Assembly (NCBI GenBank): GCA_963665235.2
Contig: CAXXLX010000001.1
Location: forward strand, 416,001 to 480,000
Direction of reading: 5' to 3'
DNA: 64,000 nt
Origin: Candidatus Poribacteria bacterium
GTDB taxonomy: Bacteria > Poribacteria > WGA-4E > WGA-3G
The notes below the pieces were generated by a model. That model ran no database searches, had not been told where the DNA came from, and saw only the letters and a program-made list of their open reading frames with translations. Shown piece by piece: positions 1 through 10,495 of this stretch (position 1 is the first letter of the stretch; each line of letters opens with the position of its first letter). Both the position numbers and the translations under genes were made by a program.

Positions 1-1524
1 GATGATTTCTTCCGCGACGCGCCCGCCGAGTGCAAAAATAATATGAGCGAGAAGCCCCTTCTTACTCATGTTATGCCGCTCCTCAAGCGGAAGCTTGGCG
101 GTTACGCCCAATGCTCGCCCGCGCGGGACAATCGTACATTTATAGTTCGGGTCGCTTTCAGGCACGAAATGAAGCATGAGCGCATGTCCAGCCTCATGAT
201 AGGCGGTAATCTGCCGCTCATCATCGCTGATGACAAGACTTCGACGTTCCGGGCCCATGAGCACCCGGTCTTTTGCCTCATCAAAACAGCTCATGTCGAT
301 GTTTTCTTTGTCAAGTTTGGCGGCGAGTAGTGCGGCTTCATTGGCCATGTTTTTCAGGTCAGCCCCGGAGAATCCGGGAGTCGCTTTCGCCAAAATTTCT
401 AAATTGACATCGTCAGAGAGCTTATAGGGCTCTTTTGTGTGGACACCCAGAATCGCTTCCCGTCCGCGAACATCGGGTAAATCGACGACAATCTGCCGAT
501 CGAATCTTCCCGCCCTTAGCAGGGCAGGGTCAAGCACATCGGGTCTATTTGTAGCAGCGATGAGAATAACGCCCTCGGAGGCTTCAAAACCTTGCATCTC
601 AACGAGCAGGGCATTTAAGGTCTGCTCACGCTCATCATGACCGCCTCCGATACCTGCGCCGCGATGCCGTCCGACAGCGTCAAGTTCATCAATAAAAATA
701 ATGCATGGCGCGTTTTTCTTACCCTCTTCAAACAGGTCACGGACGCGGGACGCGCCTACACCTACAAACATCTCCACAAAGTCGGAACCGCTAATCGTAT
801 AAAACGGCACATCCGCTTCGCCTGCAACCGCCTTGGCAAGCATCGTTTTTCCAGTTCCAGGGGGACCGACAAGCAGGACACCTTTCGGAATTGTACCCCC
901 AAGCCGTTTAAATTTACTCGGTGCCTTTAAAAATTGAATGACCTCTCCAAGGGCCTCCTTTGCCTCATCAACGCCAGCGACATCTTCAAACGTCACCCGC
1001 GTACCATCGTCAGAATGAAGTTTGGCACGACTCTTGCCAAACGAAAGGGCACGGTTACCGCTGCCTTGCATCTGCCGAGAAAGAAAAATCATCAGCCCTA
1101 AGAAGATTAACAACGGCACTACCGTCGTGCCGAAAACAAGTAACCATTGTGGAAAATCGGAAGCAGGCTTATTCCTAAAAGGAATCCCTTTCTCGTAGAG
1201 CTTTTTCTCAAGCTCGTCACCATGGGTCGCATCGCGACTGACTTTAAAAACCCCCTTCCACTTCGGGGGCACCGTTATCTCCTTATGCCCACTCCAGTCC
1301 TCACGTAGCCTATCCACTTGGGCACTGTGAAACTTACCTTCAACCCATTCCGTATCCAGAACAAGATAGCCATCAAAGATGGTCTCTTCGTCTATATATT
1401 GATAAAAATCAAATATTGGCAACTTGCAAACCTGGTCACTATTATTGATAAGTTGATAGATAACGACAACGATAACCAAGCCTAAAATAAACCACATGAA
1501 CATGTTTTTTGTGTTCTTGTTCAC
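1..1524 (-). CDS. ftsH: ATP-dependent zinc metalloprotease FtsH (3'-truncated by the window edge)
   Basis: Manual translation from GTG at 1524 gives two TM segments, Walker [51 protein letters not shown] and the HEAGH zinc motif. Absent from the ORF track because it runs off the window. Confidence 0.97.
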   Translation of the reverse strand, partial: MNKNTKNMFMWFILGLVIVVVIYQLINNSDQVCKLPIFDFYQYIDEETIFDGYLVLDTEWVEGKFHSAQVDRLREDWSGHKEITVPPKWKGVFKVSRDATHGDELEKKLYEKGIPFRNKPASDFPQWLLVFGTTVVPLLIFLGLMIFLSRQMQGSGNRALSFGKSRAKLHSDDGTRVTFEDVAGVDEAKEALGEVIQFLKAPSKFKRLGGTIPKGVLLVGPPGTGKTMLAKAVAGEADVPFYTISGSDFVEMFVGVGASRVRDLFEEGKKNAPCIIFIDELDAVGRHRGAGIGGGHDEREQTLNALLVEMQGFEASEGVILIAATNRPDVLDPALLRAGRFDRQIVVDLPDVRGREAILGVHTKEPYKLSDDVNLEILAKATPGFSGADLKNMANEAALLAAKLDKENIDMSCFDEAKDRVLMGPERRSLVISDDERQITAYHEAGHALMLHFVPESDPNYKCTIVPRGRALGVTAKLPLEERHNMSKKGLLAHIIFALGGRVAEEII

Positions 1525-1698
1525 AATCAATTGCCTCACTTGTTTCATTAAAATTTAATTCAGCTCCTGCAGCTTACGGCATACTTACATTCGGAACCGA
1601 TACCTAATTGAGCATGCCCAGGCAATTTCTAGCGGTAACCTCAACTTCCTCGTTACGCGTTTGCCTTCGGAAAAATGTTTTGAAACTTTATCACGTAA

Positions 1699-1727
1699 AT
1701 TATAACACACTTTTTGATTAATAGCAA
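1699..1727 (-). promoter_or_regulatory. sigma70-like promoter for ftsH
   Basis: TTGCTA-N17-TATAAT on the minus strand. Confidence 0.55.
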
Positions 1728-1776
1728 CTGAATTTTTAAAAAAATGGACATTTACACACCTACTCCAAATTTTTAG

Positions 1777-1806
1777 TTGACAAGGCACAATTCCTTAAGG
1801 TATACT
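1777..1806 (+). promoter_or_regulatory. sigma70-like promoter for the CBM9-like gene
   Basis: TTGACA-N18-TATACT upstream of the AGGAG RBS and ATG 1839. Confidence 0.6.
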
Positions 1807-1838
1807 TAAATTAAAACTACGCCAAAAGGAGAAAAATT

Positions 1839-2549
1839 ATGAAATTACGTACATACATGCTCTTGACCGGCATACTTTTGCTGGCAGCGATGTCGTACGC
1901 TTTAGCGCATCTTACCGGTGAAAAACTTCAAAATTTTCAATATAACGCAGAACTTGTTCCTGTCGCACCTATCGTGGATGGATACCTTGATGATCCGGTT
2001 TGGGAAAATATACCTGCAGCAAAACTCAATCAGGAACTGATAAGCGGGTTCGAATGGCCAGACTCCGAGGATTTTACTGGCTCCTTCAAAGCTGTTTGGC
2101 GTAGCGGCTACCTTTATGTCGCCGTGAAACTAACCGATAATCAGCTCGAAAAACATCAGTCTAAACTTTTTCCGGAAGACACGCTCGTCATCTATATTGA
2201 CCCATACCACACGGGACGAAAAGATGAACGGAACCGCTATGAAATCCCTATTGGCGAAGAGATGAACGTCCTGAAAGACCCGCTGACGCTCGTGGCCTGG
2301 GGAAGCGATAAGCAAACTTGTGAATTAAGCTTCCGACTTAACGGAATCGCTAATAAGGGTAATAGTATCGGTTTCAGCATCGAATATAATGACGTGGACA
2401 GCGGTCTCTTGCAAAATAAAATTGCCTGGGCACCGCCAGGTTACACAGAGGAAAACGACCTCCTCCCCGATATCGTTTTCACTGCAAAAATTAATCCGAA
2501 TACAGAACAAAAATTAATCCGATGGGGACAAATCAAAAGGGTTTACTAG
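1839..2549 (+). CDS. Secreted CBM9/DOMON-like sugar-binding domain protein
   Basis: Signal peptide; PIVDGYLDDPVW, YLYVAV..TD and IGFSIEYNDVD motifs; C-terminal KLIRWGQIK tail. Confidence 0.75.
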   Translation: MKLRTYMLLTGILLLAAMSYALAHLTGEKLQNFQYNAELVPVAPIVDGYLDDPVWENIPAAKLNQELISGFEWPDSEDFTGSFKAVWRSGYLYVAVKLTDNQLEKHQSKLFPEDTLVIYIDPYHTGRKDERNRYEIPIGEEMNVLKDPLTLVAWGSDKQTCELSFRLNGIANKGNSIGFSIEYNDVDSGLLQNKIAWAPPGYTEENDLLPDIVFTAKINPNTEQKLIRWGQIKRVY

Positions 2550-2578
2550 GTTGCTGCCCCAAATAACGACCGTGACCC

Positions 2579-2785
2579 ATGCTGATAAAAAGTGAGGAAC
2601 AGGTGTACTATATAGGTAAAACTCTGGAGCTAATGGGCATAGCATGCCTCGGCGCAGGACTCTACTTAGGCTGTGCAAATCCGTACGGTTATAGTGAGGC
2701 AAAAGCGATGGGTGTCGAAATTGGGTTCATGACGGTCGGTATCCTCATTTTTTTTGTCGGGCGACTCATTGAGAAACGTTTTTAG
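2579..2785 (+). CDS. Small two-TM membrane protein, hypothetical
   Basis: 68 aa with two hydrophobic segments, directly downstream of the previous gene. Confidence 0.55.
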   Translation: MLIKSEEQVYYIGKTLELMGIACLGAGLYLGCANPYGYSEAKAMGVEIGFMTVGILIFFVGRLIEKRF

Positions 2786-2952
2786 CACGTCTTTTGATAG
2801 GCGCGGTTTCAAATCGCGCCTATCAAGGTTTGGACAATTTATACGCTATGAGCGGCAGGTTCACAAGAGGGCTCTTCTAATCGGGCAGGGAGACCCGGCC
2901 CCTATGGACATTAACCAAAACTTTACACACTCACCTTTTTTTCTTTGATATC

Positions 2953-3677
2953 TTTCAGGAATGTGTTGATGCAACGCTTGCCGCTCCCGTCGACCAAGGG
3001 ACACGAGCAGATTTGCTTTACGGCATCTCCGTCTTCGGCGGCGTAGTGCATGATTCTCAACTATTTGATAGAAATATACCGGAGGAGATTATGATAGAAT
3101 CTAAAACTTACCAACGACAACGCGAACGAATTATCCGAGAAAATACTGTTAAACACATCTTGGCATTATTGAAGATGAGATTCCGGGCAGAGGCAGTGGA
3201 TGCTTTACAAACTATCGAGGCGTGCCTCAACGTATCCATTAAAACGCTATAGTCAAGTGGTAGTTTCTATAGCTATGCTCCCCAAGGGTTGGGTTCATGC
3301 GGGTATCGTGATCGGGATGGGGCAATATACACTCCGAAAGGACTTACCTGTTTTGCAAAAATCAGGTCAAGTAAACAGAAAGTGCGAGTTCTGTTGAACG
3401 AAGCAGCACAGTTTGCGAGGAGCGCCTACGGGAAACTTGTGGCGAAAAAACAACCCGATGGGGGAAATCTAAAACGAATAGGAGCGGTGTTTCCTCCCCC
3501 GCATAAATGCTGGGGGTTTCCACACCGAATATTTTGATGAGATTCCGGGCAGAGGCAGTGGATGCTTTACAAACTATGCTGCTAAACATTACAGATTTGC
3601 AAAAATTGGAGGATTTGCATCTCGCAGCAGCAAGAGTGCCAAACATCGACGCGTTTGCAAAAATGCTACACGAATAG
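2953..3677 (+). pseudogene. 5'-truncated Rpn-like (PD-(D/E)XK) gene remnant; its C-terminal small ORF (ATG 3091) is interrupted by an insertion
   Basis: Reads CVDATLAAPVDQGTRADLL...PEEIMIESKTYQRQ. Removing 3216-3577 restores a 74-aa frame ending TAG 3675-3677 that aligns by eye with the C-terminus of the Rpn gene at 50259-51161. Confidence 0.7.
3216..3536 (-). mobile_element. IS200/IS605-family remnant retaining a left-end hairpin
   Basis: CGGTGTTTCCTCCCCCGCATAAATGCTGGGGGTTTCCACACCG hairpin ending ...TTTTG|ATGA; same layout as the ends at 43224 and 54412; flanked by a 42-bp direct duplication. Confidence 0.6.
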
Positions 3678-3742
3678 CAGCCTTTGCGCGTGTTGATGGG
3701 CAGATGCGGTCCGTTGTATAGACCCGTATACTGGGGGGACTT

Positions 3743-3785
3743 ATGCTCGAATCCAAAACTTACCAACGACAACGCGATGGAATAG
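3743..3785 (+). pseudogene. Second, truncated Rpn C-terminal cassette (MLESKTYQRQRDG)
   Basis: Near-identical to the start of the ORF at 3091; G-rich RBS upstream. Confidence 0.55.
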
Positions 3786-3878
3786 CACTATATTTCGCGG
3801 GGAGTAGGGGCTCCGCAACAGCTGGAACCCCTACTACAAACTACACACGACTGCATCCCTCCAGCACACAGACTAAAA

Positions 3879-4046
3879 CATCGCGTGCAAAGCACGCTCT
3901 CGCGGAGCGGGCTGCTTGCCCGAATACTAGAAGAACGGAAAACGTACGCCCCGTAATATCGCGTGCACAGCACGCTCCTACATAAGAACAGAAATGAAAC
4001 CACACAATATCGCGTGCACAGCACGCTCCTACATAAGAACGGAAAA
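3879..4046 (-). repeat. Cluster of three GTAG-type REP-like palindromes
   Basis: ATCGCGTGCA(C/A)AGCACGCTC(CTAC) three times; reverse complement begins GTAGGAGCGTGC. Confidence 0.7.
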
Positions 4047-4050
4047 TGCA

Positions 4051-7000
4051 CTATTCCACTTTCGGTAAGGTTGGCAGTGTGAGTCGCGGGCGTTCGCCGA
4101 AATCGGGGAGTTGGGGTGGATTGTCCGCCATCTCCTGTAGGAGCTCCGCAATTGCTCGGTCAAGTTGCGGGTCGCAACCATCGGCATAATCCTGCGGGCG
4201 GTAATCGACCTCAATGTCCGGGTCGGTGCCGTAGTTCTCGACACGCCATCCGACATCAACGAACCAGAAAGAGTACTCAGGTTGTGTTGTTCGACCACCA
4301 TCTACAAATGCTTGATGTGGCGAGATACCGATAACACCGCCCCACGTTCGTTTTCCGATAAGTTTGCCGAGTTTCATTAGTTTGAAACAGTGCGAGAAAA
4401 TGTCACCATCTGAGCCAGCATTTTCGTTAGTGACAGCTACCATCGGGCCCAGGACCGAAGCATCCGGATAAGGATGCGGTGTACCCCAGCGTGGGACATC
4501 ATATCCGATGCGGCGGCGTGACAATTTCTCCAAAATGAGTTGTGAGACGTGTCCCCCGCCATTGTAACGGACATCAATTAGCAGTGCGGGATAGCTGACT
4601 TCAGCGAGGAAACCACGATGAAACTCTGCATAGCCGCGCCCCATCATGTCGGGAATGTGTACGTATCCGACCTTACCATCAGTCTTTTCGTGGACGTACT
4701 GCCGATTTCGCGAGACCCATTCGCGATACCGGAGTTCCCGTTCTCCCCGTAGCACCTTGAGCGTGACAACGTGTTTCTCGTCATTTTCAGCGCGTTGGAA
4801 CGTCGCTTGAACTTCCTGCCCCGCAAGATTGACGAGGAGTTCACCGGGGGTGACGGTTTTGCTGACGTTTTGTCCGCCGATAGCGAGGAGAATGTCCCCT
4901 TTTTTGACGTTAATCCCCGGTGCGTTGAGTGGGGAGTCTTTTGTCCTTTCCCATGCGTCTCCGTTTGGGATGTGTGTGATACGATATCCGTTGGTTTCTT
5001 CATCGTAAGCGAAATCTGCTCCGATAAACCCGATTGCATAATTTGGGGAGCTGCGGTAATCTCCGCCGGATTCGTAGGCGTGGGATGTGCCGAGTTCTCC
5101 CTGCATCTCCCACATGAGGTCAGAAAATTCGGCGCGGGTTGCCACCCGTGATAGGAGCGGCAAGTACCGTTGATAAACATTTTCCCAATCTACGTCGGAC
5201 ATATCCTCAGTCCAGAAGTAATCTCGCTGCAGTCGCCATGCTTCACGGTACATCTGGTGCCATTCAGCAGTAGGGATGATGGCGGCTTTGACACGGTTGA
5301 GGTCAATCCACCCTGTGTGTCGGTTTGCGGCTCCGCCTTTGTTATCCTTTGCATCATCTTCAGCCTTCTTTCCTGCTTTGATAACGCGTAGCTTGTCGCC
5401 GGTGCGATATACGAGGGTTTTGGCATCTCGGGAGAGTTGGAAGTTATCAATGCCCGCGACGAGCACCTCCTTTTTCTGTTCCTTGAAATCGTAGACGTGG
5501 AGTTTGCCCTTGGTGTTGGCTGTATCCTCAGTATCGGGGGCATTAAGTGTGTGTCGGACCGGAAAAGAGGTGAAGATAACTTTGCCTTCAATGCCATCAA
5601 TTTGTCCGTACCGTCCATGTGGGTAGGGGAAAGCGATAACGCGTTGCATGATGCCCTCAAGTTCAATAGTAATCGGTTTCCGCTTCTTTTTCTCTTTTTC
5701 ATTAGATTTCTCGTCCTTCTTTTCTGCGGATTTCTCCTCCTTCTCCTTGTCCTCCTTGTCCTTGTCCTTTTCATCTTCAAGCGGTCGGGGTTCAGGAATG
5801 AACGGGTTCCGTAATTCTTTCTGCAATGTGACGAGCAGAGGGCGTGTCGCTGTGGGGAATCCGAGGTCAAAGTGGAGCGCATCATATACAGGGTTGAATT
5901 CGCGAGCGGAGAGAAAATAGAGGTATTTCCCCTCTGGGTCCCACGCAGGTGAGAAATCGTTGAATTCCGGATGGGTGACGAACGTCGTTTCGCCAGTCTC
6001 GACGTTGCACAGTTTAATGGAGGATGTCGTCTCAGTTGCAGGAAAACTGTATGCAATCCACTTGCCATCGGGTGACCATGTTGCGCCTTGGATACGGTTG
6101 TAGTGGCTTTTGTCAAGTACGCGAAGCTCCTGCGTTTCCAATTCGATGTGTAGCAGTTCGAAGCGGTGATTGACGATGAGGAGTTGGTCTTTCAAGTCAT
6201 CACCCTTCGGACAAACTGAAAGCTGGCGGACATGTCCGATGTCAAGGGTGGATAGGCGTTGGACTTCAGCACTACCATCGCAGGTATGGATTTCGAGGGC
6301 TTCTTCGCCATCAGCATCGGAGAGGGTGAGGATACGTTTTCCGTCGTTAAGCCAATGCGTCCTTCGGTATCGGGTGCCGTTGCGTTCACCGTGCTGTAGG
6401 ACTGCGCCCTCCCAATTTGACATCGTAAACGGTTTACCGCGGACAGTGAGGGATAGTGCCTGGCCGTCGGGAGTAGGTGCATATTCTTGCAAATATTTTG
6501 ACGTGCTAACGAATTTGCGTTGTCTCTGGACGCGCGGGCTCCGAAATTCAACGTTCACCAGATAATTTGTATCGTTTTCAATTTCATAGATGTGGAGTTC
6601 TGCCCCAGCATGGTAAGCGATACGGGTTCCATCGGTTTGTGCGGCGCGACAGTAGTAGGTTTCCTGATGTGTGTGACGTTGCATATCTTCGCCGGTGGGG
6701 AGGCAGGAATAGATATTACCAATACCTTCGTGGTCGGAGATAAAATAGATGCGTTCCCCAATCCACATCGGTGTGGTGAAGTTGCTATTGACAGGTGCAA
6801 GTGGCTGAAATTGTCCATCTCCATCTGTATCTATCCAAAGTTGTCCCGCAGTGCCGCCACGGTAACGTTTCCATCGTGCGGGGTCGCGTGTCAATCGTCC
6901 GAGAACAACGCCACCAGCATCCCCGAAGGCGATGTGGTTAGCGGGGCCGTAGGGTAGACGTTGCGGTTCGCCCCCCTCAGTGGAGATTTGCCATATCCAT

Positions 7001-7332
7001 GCGCCGAATGCTGTCCCTGCGCCGCTACTATAGAGAATATTTTGTCCATCGGCATCCCATCCGATGATGTCCGCGCTGCTTCCTTGATAGGTGAGCCGTT
7101 TTGCCTCGCCGCCGAGGGCAGGCATGAGGTAAACTTCTGAGGGGCCCTCTTCTCGTCCTGCAAACGCAAGCTGTTCTCCATTCGGAGATAAGCGTGGTGT
7201 GCTGGTGGCACCGAGGTTTGAGGTAAGTCGGCGAGCAACACCCCCGCTGATTGGAACTGTCCACAGGTCGTCCTCACAAACGAACACGAACGTTTCTTGA
7301 TAAATTGTTGGAAATCGATAGTATCCTGACAT
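4051..7332 (-). CDS. Tricorn protease (peptidase S41 with beta-propellers and PDZ)
   Basis: WKRYRGGTAG, GELGTSHAY, GYVHIPDM, DVRYNGGG, AGSDGDIF (catalytic Ser) and GKRTWGGVIG; no signal peptide. Confidence 0.95.
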   Translation of the reverse strand: MSGYYRFPTIYQETFVFVCEDDLWTVPISGGVARRLTSNLGATSTPRLSPNGEQLAFAGREEGPSEVYLMPALGGEAKRLTYQGSSADIIGWDADGQNILYSSGAGTAFGAWIWQISTEGGEPQRLPYGPANHIAFGDAGGVVLGRLTRDPARWKRYRGGTAGQLWIDTDGDGQFQPLAPVNSNFTTPMWIGERIYFISDHEGIGNIYSCLPTGEDMQRHTHQETYYCRAAQTDGTRIAYHAGAELHIYEIENDTNYLVNVEFRSPRVQRQRKFVSTSKYLQEYAPTPDGQALSLTVRGKPFTMSNWEGAVLQHGERNGTRYRRTHWLNDGKRILTLSDADGEEALEIHTCDGSAEVQRLSTLDIGHVRQLSVCPKGDDLKDQLLIVNHRFELLHIELETQELRVLDKSHYNRIQGATWSPDGKWIAYSFPATETTSSIKLCNVETGETTFVTHPEFNDFSPAWDPEGKYLYFLSAREFNPVYDALHFDLGFPTATRPLLVTLQKELRNPFIPEPRPLEDEKDKDKEDKEKEEKSAEKKDEKSNEKEKKKRKPITIELEGIMQRVIAFPYPHGRYGQIDGIEGKVIFTSFPVRHTLNAPDTEDTANTKGKLHVYDFKEQKKEVLVAGIDNFQLSRDAKTLVYRTGDKLRVIKAGKKAEDDAKDNKGGAANRHTGWIDLNRVKAAIIPTAEWHQMYREAWRLQRDYFWTEDMSDVDWENVYQRYLPLLSRVATRAEFSDLMWEMQGELGTSHAYESGGDYRSSPNYAIGFIGADFAYDEETNGYRITHIPNGDAWERTKDSPLNAPGINVKKGDILLAIGGQNVSKTVTPGELLVNLAGQEVQATFQRAENDEKHVVTLKVLRGERELRYREWVSRNRQYVHEKTDGKVGYVHIPDMMGRGYAEFHRGFLAEVSYPALLIDVRYNGGGHVSQLILEKLSRRRIGYDVPRWGTPHPYPDASVLGPMVAVTNENAGSDGDIFSHCFKLMKLGKLIGKRTWGGVIGISPHQAFVDGGRTTQPEYSFWFVDVGWRVENYGTDPDIEVDYRPQDYADGCDPQLDRAIAELLQEMADNPPQLPDFGERPRLTLPTLPKVE

Positions 7333-7460
7333 CTACACCTCCGGTTGTCGGGTTTGGTTTATTAAGGGTAAAAAAATAGGTAAGGCGAGGCCTGAAAACC
7401 TCGCCCTACAAATAGGAACGCGCTGATGTGCCTTACAGGTTACAGCGTGTGCGGCTGCGA

Positions 7461-10445
7461 TTAGTTTCCGTTAAGGCGAGCCTGCTCCTCTGAATTCGGC
7501 GGGGGGCCGAGCCAGAGTTTTACGGCGGGCGTACTTGCGACACGCCGGTTGCCAACAGCTGCGTTAATAACAAAGGTATAAGGTCGAGTTTGCCTATTTC
7601 CCATGAACGGGTTCCGCCGTATTTCGTTGTTTCCGCTGGCGACGATATTCGGCACAAGCGTCAAGATTGCCTCCGTTTCATTCCTTCGGAGGACAGTAGT
7701 TTGTCGCTGGAGTCGAACGCCTAAGGGCAAGCCGACCGCTGTTAGATTCATGTTCTGCCGATTCCCACCCCGTCTGTCAACCTTCACGGTGATTTCAACC
7801 GGTCCGTCTGGAGTCACTACAATTTCGTCGGGAACTGCGGTAAGGATGATAGGTGTGGATTCCGTCACGCTAACAACGACGTTTTTGCGCTGAACAGTCC
7901 GGTCGTTGTTCTGAATACGGTAGACTTCAATCGGTGTTGCAGCGCGTTGGATTTGGCTCCCGGAGCCAGTCGTAACGGTGCCGACAACCTGTACGACGCT
8001 ATGTGTTAGGTCAGCGTCTGCTGCAGCGGTTAGGGTGATATACCCTTGGTCATTTCCGCCTTCAGAGAGGATAGCACTCTGGCTGGCAGTAATCCCTTTC
8101 GGTAGATTTTCGACAGAGAGCAAAATCGGTTCAGTAAAACCGACGCGGCGTTGGAGTGTAACATCCAATAGGATTGTTCCGCCCCGGCCGATATTTGGGT
8201 TATCGGGTGTCACCGAGATAGCGAAATCGGGTGCAGTAGGGCGCACGTCTAGGTGATAAACATAGCCTGCGCCACCTTTGCCGGCGACATCTTCTACTCG
8301 GACTGCATAGACACCGGGTTGTGCAAAGCTGTAATCGATAATAGCGTTGCGTCGTCCGCCTACGCCTGCGTTATTCCGTAGCACTGCGCCTTCAGCATTC
8401 AACAGGGTTAGGGTGGGGCTCAGCGGTGAGTTCAATTTTTCTGCGGATAGTTCAATAGAATAGCCGCCAATGTCCGCGAAAAATCCCCACGGCCCGTAAC
8501 CGTTCGTAATCTTGACAAGAATTTTGTTTTTCCCTTTAGAGATAGGCAGTTCAATGACATCGTCCGCGCGGCGTAGGGGACGGTGAACGTATTTACTGAA
8601 GATGAGTTTATCGTTCACCCATATCTTAATCGTATCGTCGGAGCCGAGGGATAAGAGATATTTTTGGTCCCGGTCAGACTCAATATAGGTGAGTGCGTAG
8701 CCAGTGACATCGTCTTCAGGTACATTTGAGAAGACGTTTTCGCCTCTGCGATTGGTCCGGTACCAACTGATTTTGCGTCCGGCTTTACCGTCGTATTCTT
8801 TCTCTAAATCGATTTCAACTTCAGGCGGATAGACGGTATCAAATCCTTTTTCATCTGTGTTATCAAAGGGGTGTATCACCCACCACGGGCCGAGGCGTGA
8901 GCCTTCAGCAATTGTGAATTGGTAATAATCGGCTTCTCCTGGTTCAGAGATGCGTCCACTTATGGCACCTGGCGTTGTGATGTCCTGTGCATTTTCGATA
9001 CGTTTTGCGATGAGTTGGCCGAGGCGTGTGACTTCATCTGCAACGAAAGCGATGAGACGGTCGCGTTGGGTGGGGGTAATATCAGCATTCTCCTTTTCGG
9101 ACATGCGTGTGATAGTATTTTCCCACTGTTCGGCGGAGAGCGCACGATTGTCTGGTGAGCGGAGCTCATGGCAGGCGGTGCATTTGGCTTGGAAAAGGAT
9201 TTCGGATTCGGCATTCCTTGCCAGTTCTCCGTTTTCTGCATCAGATTCCGTAGAGTCATCTGTTTTCGGATTGCTGCTGTGGGTTGCCGATGCGGACACC
9301 TCAACATCTTCGGTAAACTCATTGGCGATGAACGGAAAAATGCCGTACGGGGTCCGGATAAGTTTGAGCCCCGGCTGCTCACTGCTACTGAGTTCAACCT
9401 GCCAATCAGTTTCCGGGAGGTTTTCGCCGCCAATTTTCGCTTTAATCACCTCGCCAATTTTTCCACCAGTTGGAAAAAGGTAGGTGTTATATGGAACAAC
9501 GCCACTTGTCAAACGGTAAACGGAGTCTGGGTTGCCACGATAGAGCAGGTCTCGCACCCGAAGGTAATAGGTGCCATCCGCAGGTAAAGTGTAATCAATC
9601 AGCGGGTCAAGACTATAGAATCCGTTGTTTCGGATAAGTTCTGTGCCATGTTCGTCAAAAAGGTAGAGGGTTGGATTGAAAAACTGCTGACTGACATTGT
9701 TAAGCCGATAAGCCTTGACGTTGAAGACACACCTGTCCCCTTTTTTTCCTTCAAAGACGTAATAATCTTCATCACCGCCAGGGTTAACAACCCCGTTTAT
9801 GATAATAGGCAGCTGAATAGCTGTCGCGGATTCCGGGAGGTTATTGGATTCAGTTTCAAGGATATCCGCAGCGGGACTCACCTCGAAGGGCCATGCGGTT
9901 GATGTGCCTTTTTTTCCGACGATGCGAATTTCCCGCAGTCCAATGGGGGCGTCCGCTGCGATTGCGAATTCAGCGGTTAACCCGCCGCTCGCTCTTGCTG
10001 CGGATTTGAGGTAATGGACAATCTTGGTTTGGTCATCGGCACTGATTTCAGCCCCCTTCTCTGTTATCATGCGTGCGACTGTGACTTCCCACTGTGTAGC
10101 TGTCATTGAGCGGTTGCTTGGGGAGCGAAGTTCGTGACACTGTCCACAATTTGCTTCAAAAACAGGTTTATGGGTCTCGTCCACTTTTCCACCGCCAGCG
10201 TGGAGCGTACCAGCAACCCCAGGGGGCCCCTCTACAATTAAGGTATGTGCGCCCCCTAAATCTGAGCCCTGTATTCTCACGTCGACGTTCATTCCGACCT
10301 TCCCACCTGCGGGAAAGAGCGAATTCAGGCGTGGCGTGTCTTGTGCAAATAGGGAGACAGGCGCGCAGAGTAAAACTATAAACAGCAAACGTAGGAGGGG
10401 TTGCAAACCCCAATAGAGACCGCTATTTTTTTTATGGACATTCAT
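7461..10445 (-). CDS. Secreted PPC (pre-peptidase C-terminal) repeat protein with two c-type heme motifs
   Basis: Signal peptide; LNSLFPAGGKVG and E.ESNN...A..I.LP.IING...GDEDYY PPC-like repeats; CGQCH and CTACH within a duplicated domain. Start placed at ATG 10445 after GGAGG. Confidence 0.8.
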   Translation of the reverse strand: MNVHKKNSGLYWGLQPLLRLLFIVLLCAPVSLFAQDTPRLNSLFPAGGKVGMNVDVRIQGSDLGGAHTLIVEGPPGVAGTLHAGGGKVDETHKPVFEANCGQCHELRSPSNRSMTATQWEVTVARMITEKGAEISADDQTKIVHYLKSAARASGGLTAEFAIAADAPIGLREIRIVGKKGTSTAWPFEVSPAADILETESNNLPESATAIQLPIIINGVVNPGGDEDYYVFEGKKGDRCVFNVKAYRLNNVSQQFFNPTLYLFDEHGTELIRNNGFYSLDPLIDYTLPADGTYYLRVRDLLYRGNPDSVYRLTSGVVPYNTYLFPTGGKIGEVIKAKIGGENLPETDWQVELSSSEQPGLKLIRTPYGIFPFIANEFTEDVEVSASATHSSNPKTDDSTESDAENGELARNAESEILFQAKCTACHELRSPDNRALSAEQWENTITRMSEKENADITPTQRDRLIAFVADEVTRLGQLIAKRIENAQDITTPGAISGRISEPGEADYYQFTIAEGSRLGPWWVIHPFDNTDEKGFDTVYPPEVEIDLEKEYDGKAGRKISWYRTNRRGENVFSNVPEDDVTGYALTYIESDRDQKYLLSLGSDDTIKIWVNDKLIFSKYVHRPLRRADDVIELPISKGKNKILVKITNGYGPWGFFADIGGYSIELSAEKLNSPLSPTLTLLNAEGAVLRNNAGVGGRRNAIIDYSFAQPGVYAVRVEDVAGKGGAGYVYHLDVRPTAPDFAISVTPDNPNIGRGGTILLDVTLQRRVGFTEPILLSVENLPKGITASQSAILSEGGNDQGYITLTAAADADLTHSVVQVVGTVTTGSGSQIQRAATPIEVYRIQNNDRTVQRKNVVVSVTESTPIILTAVPDEIVVTPDGPVEITVKVDRRGGNRQNMNLTAVGLPLGVRLQRQTTVLRRNETEAILTLVPNIVASGNNEIRRNPFMGNRQTRPYTFVINAAVGNRRVASTPAVKLWLGPPPNSEEQARLNGN

Positions 10446-10495
10446 GTGTATTCCCTCCAAAAGAGCTATCAGTATTTAGTTCCGACAAACACGGG

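Noticed and set aside
43-1178. Plus-strand ORFs at the window start
   Set aside because: Antisense shadows of ftsH, which the ORF track missed because it is truncated
1560-1680. Riboswitch in the ftsH leader (GGCAAAC resembles the c-di-GMP-I motif)
   Set aside because: The rest of the GEMM consensus is absent
5648-5920. Ser/Phe-rich plus-strand ORF
   Set aside because: Antisense of the Lys/Glu-rich linker of tricorn
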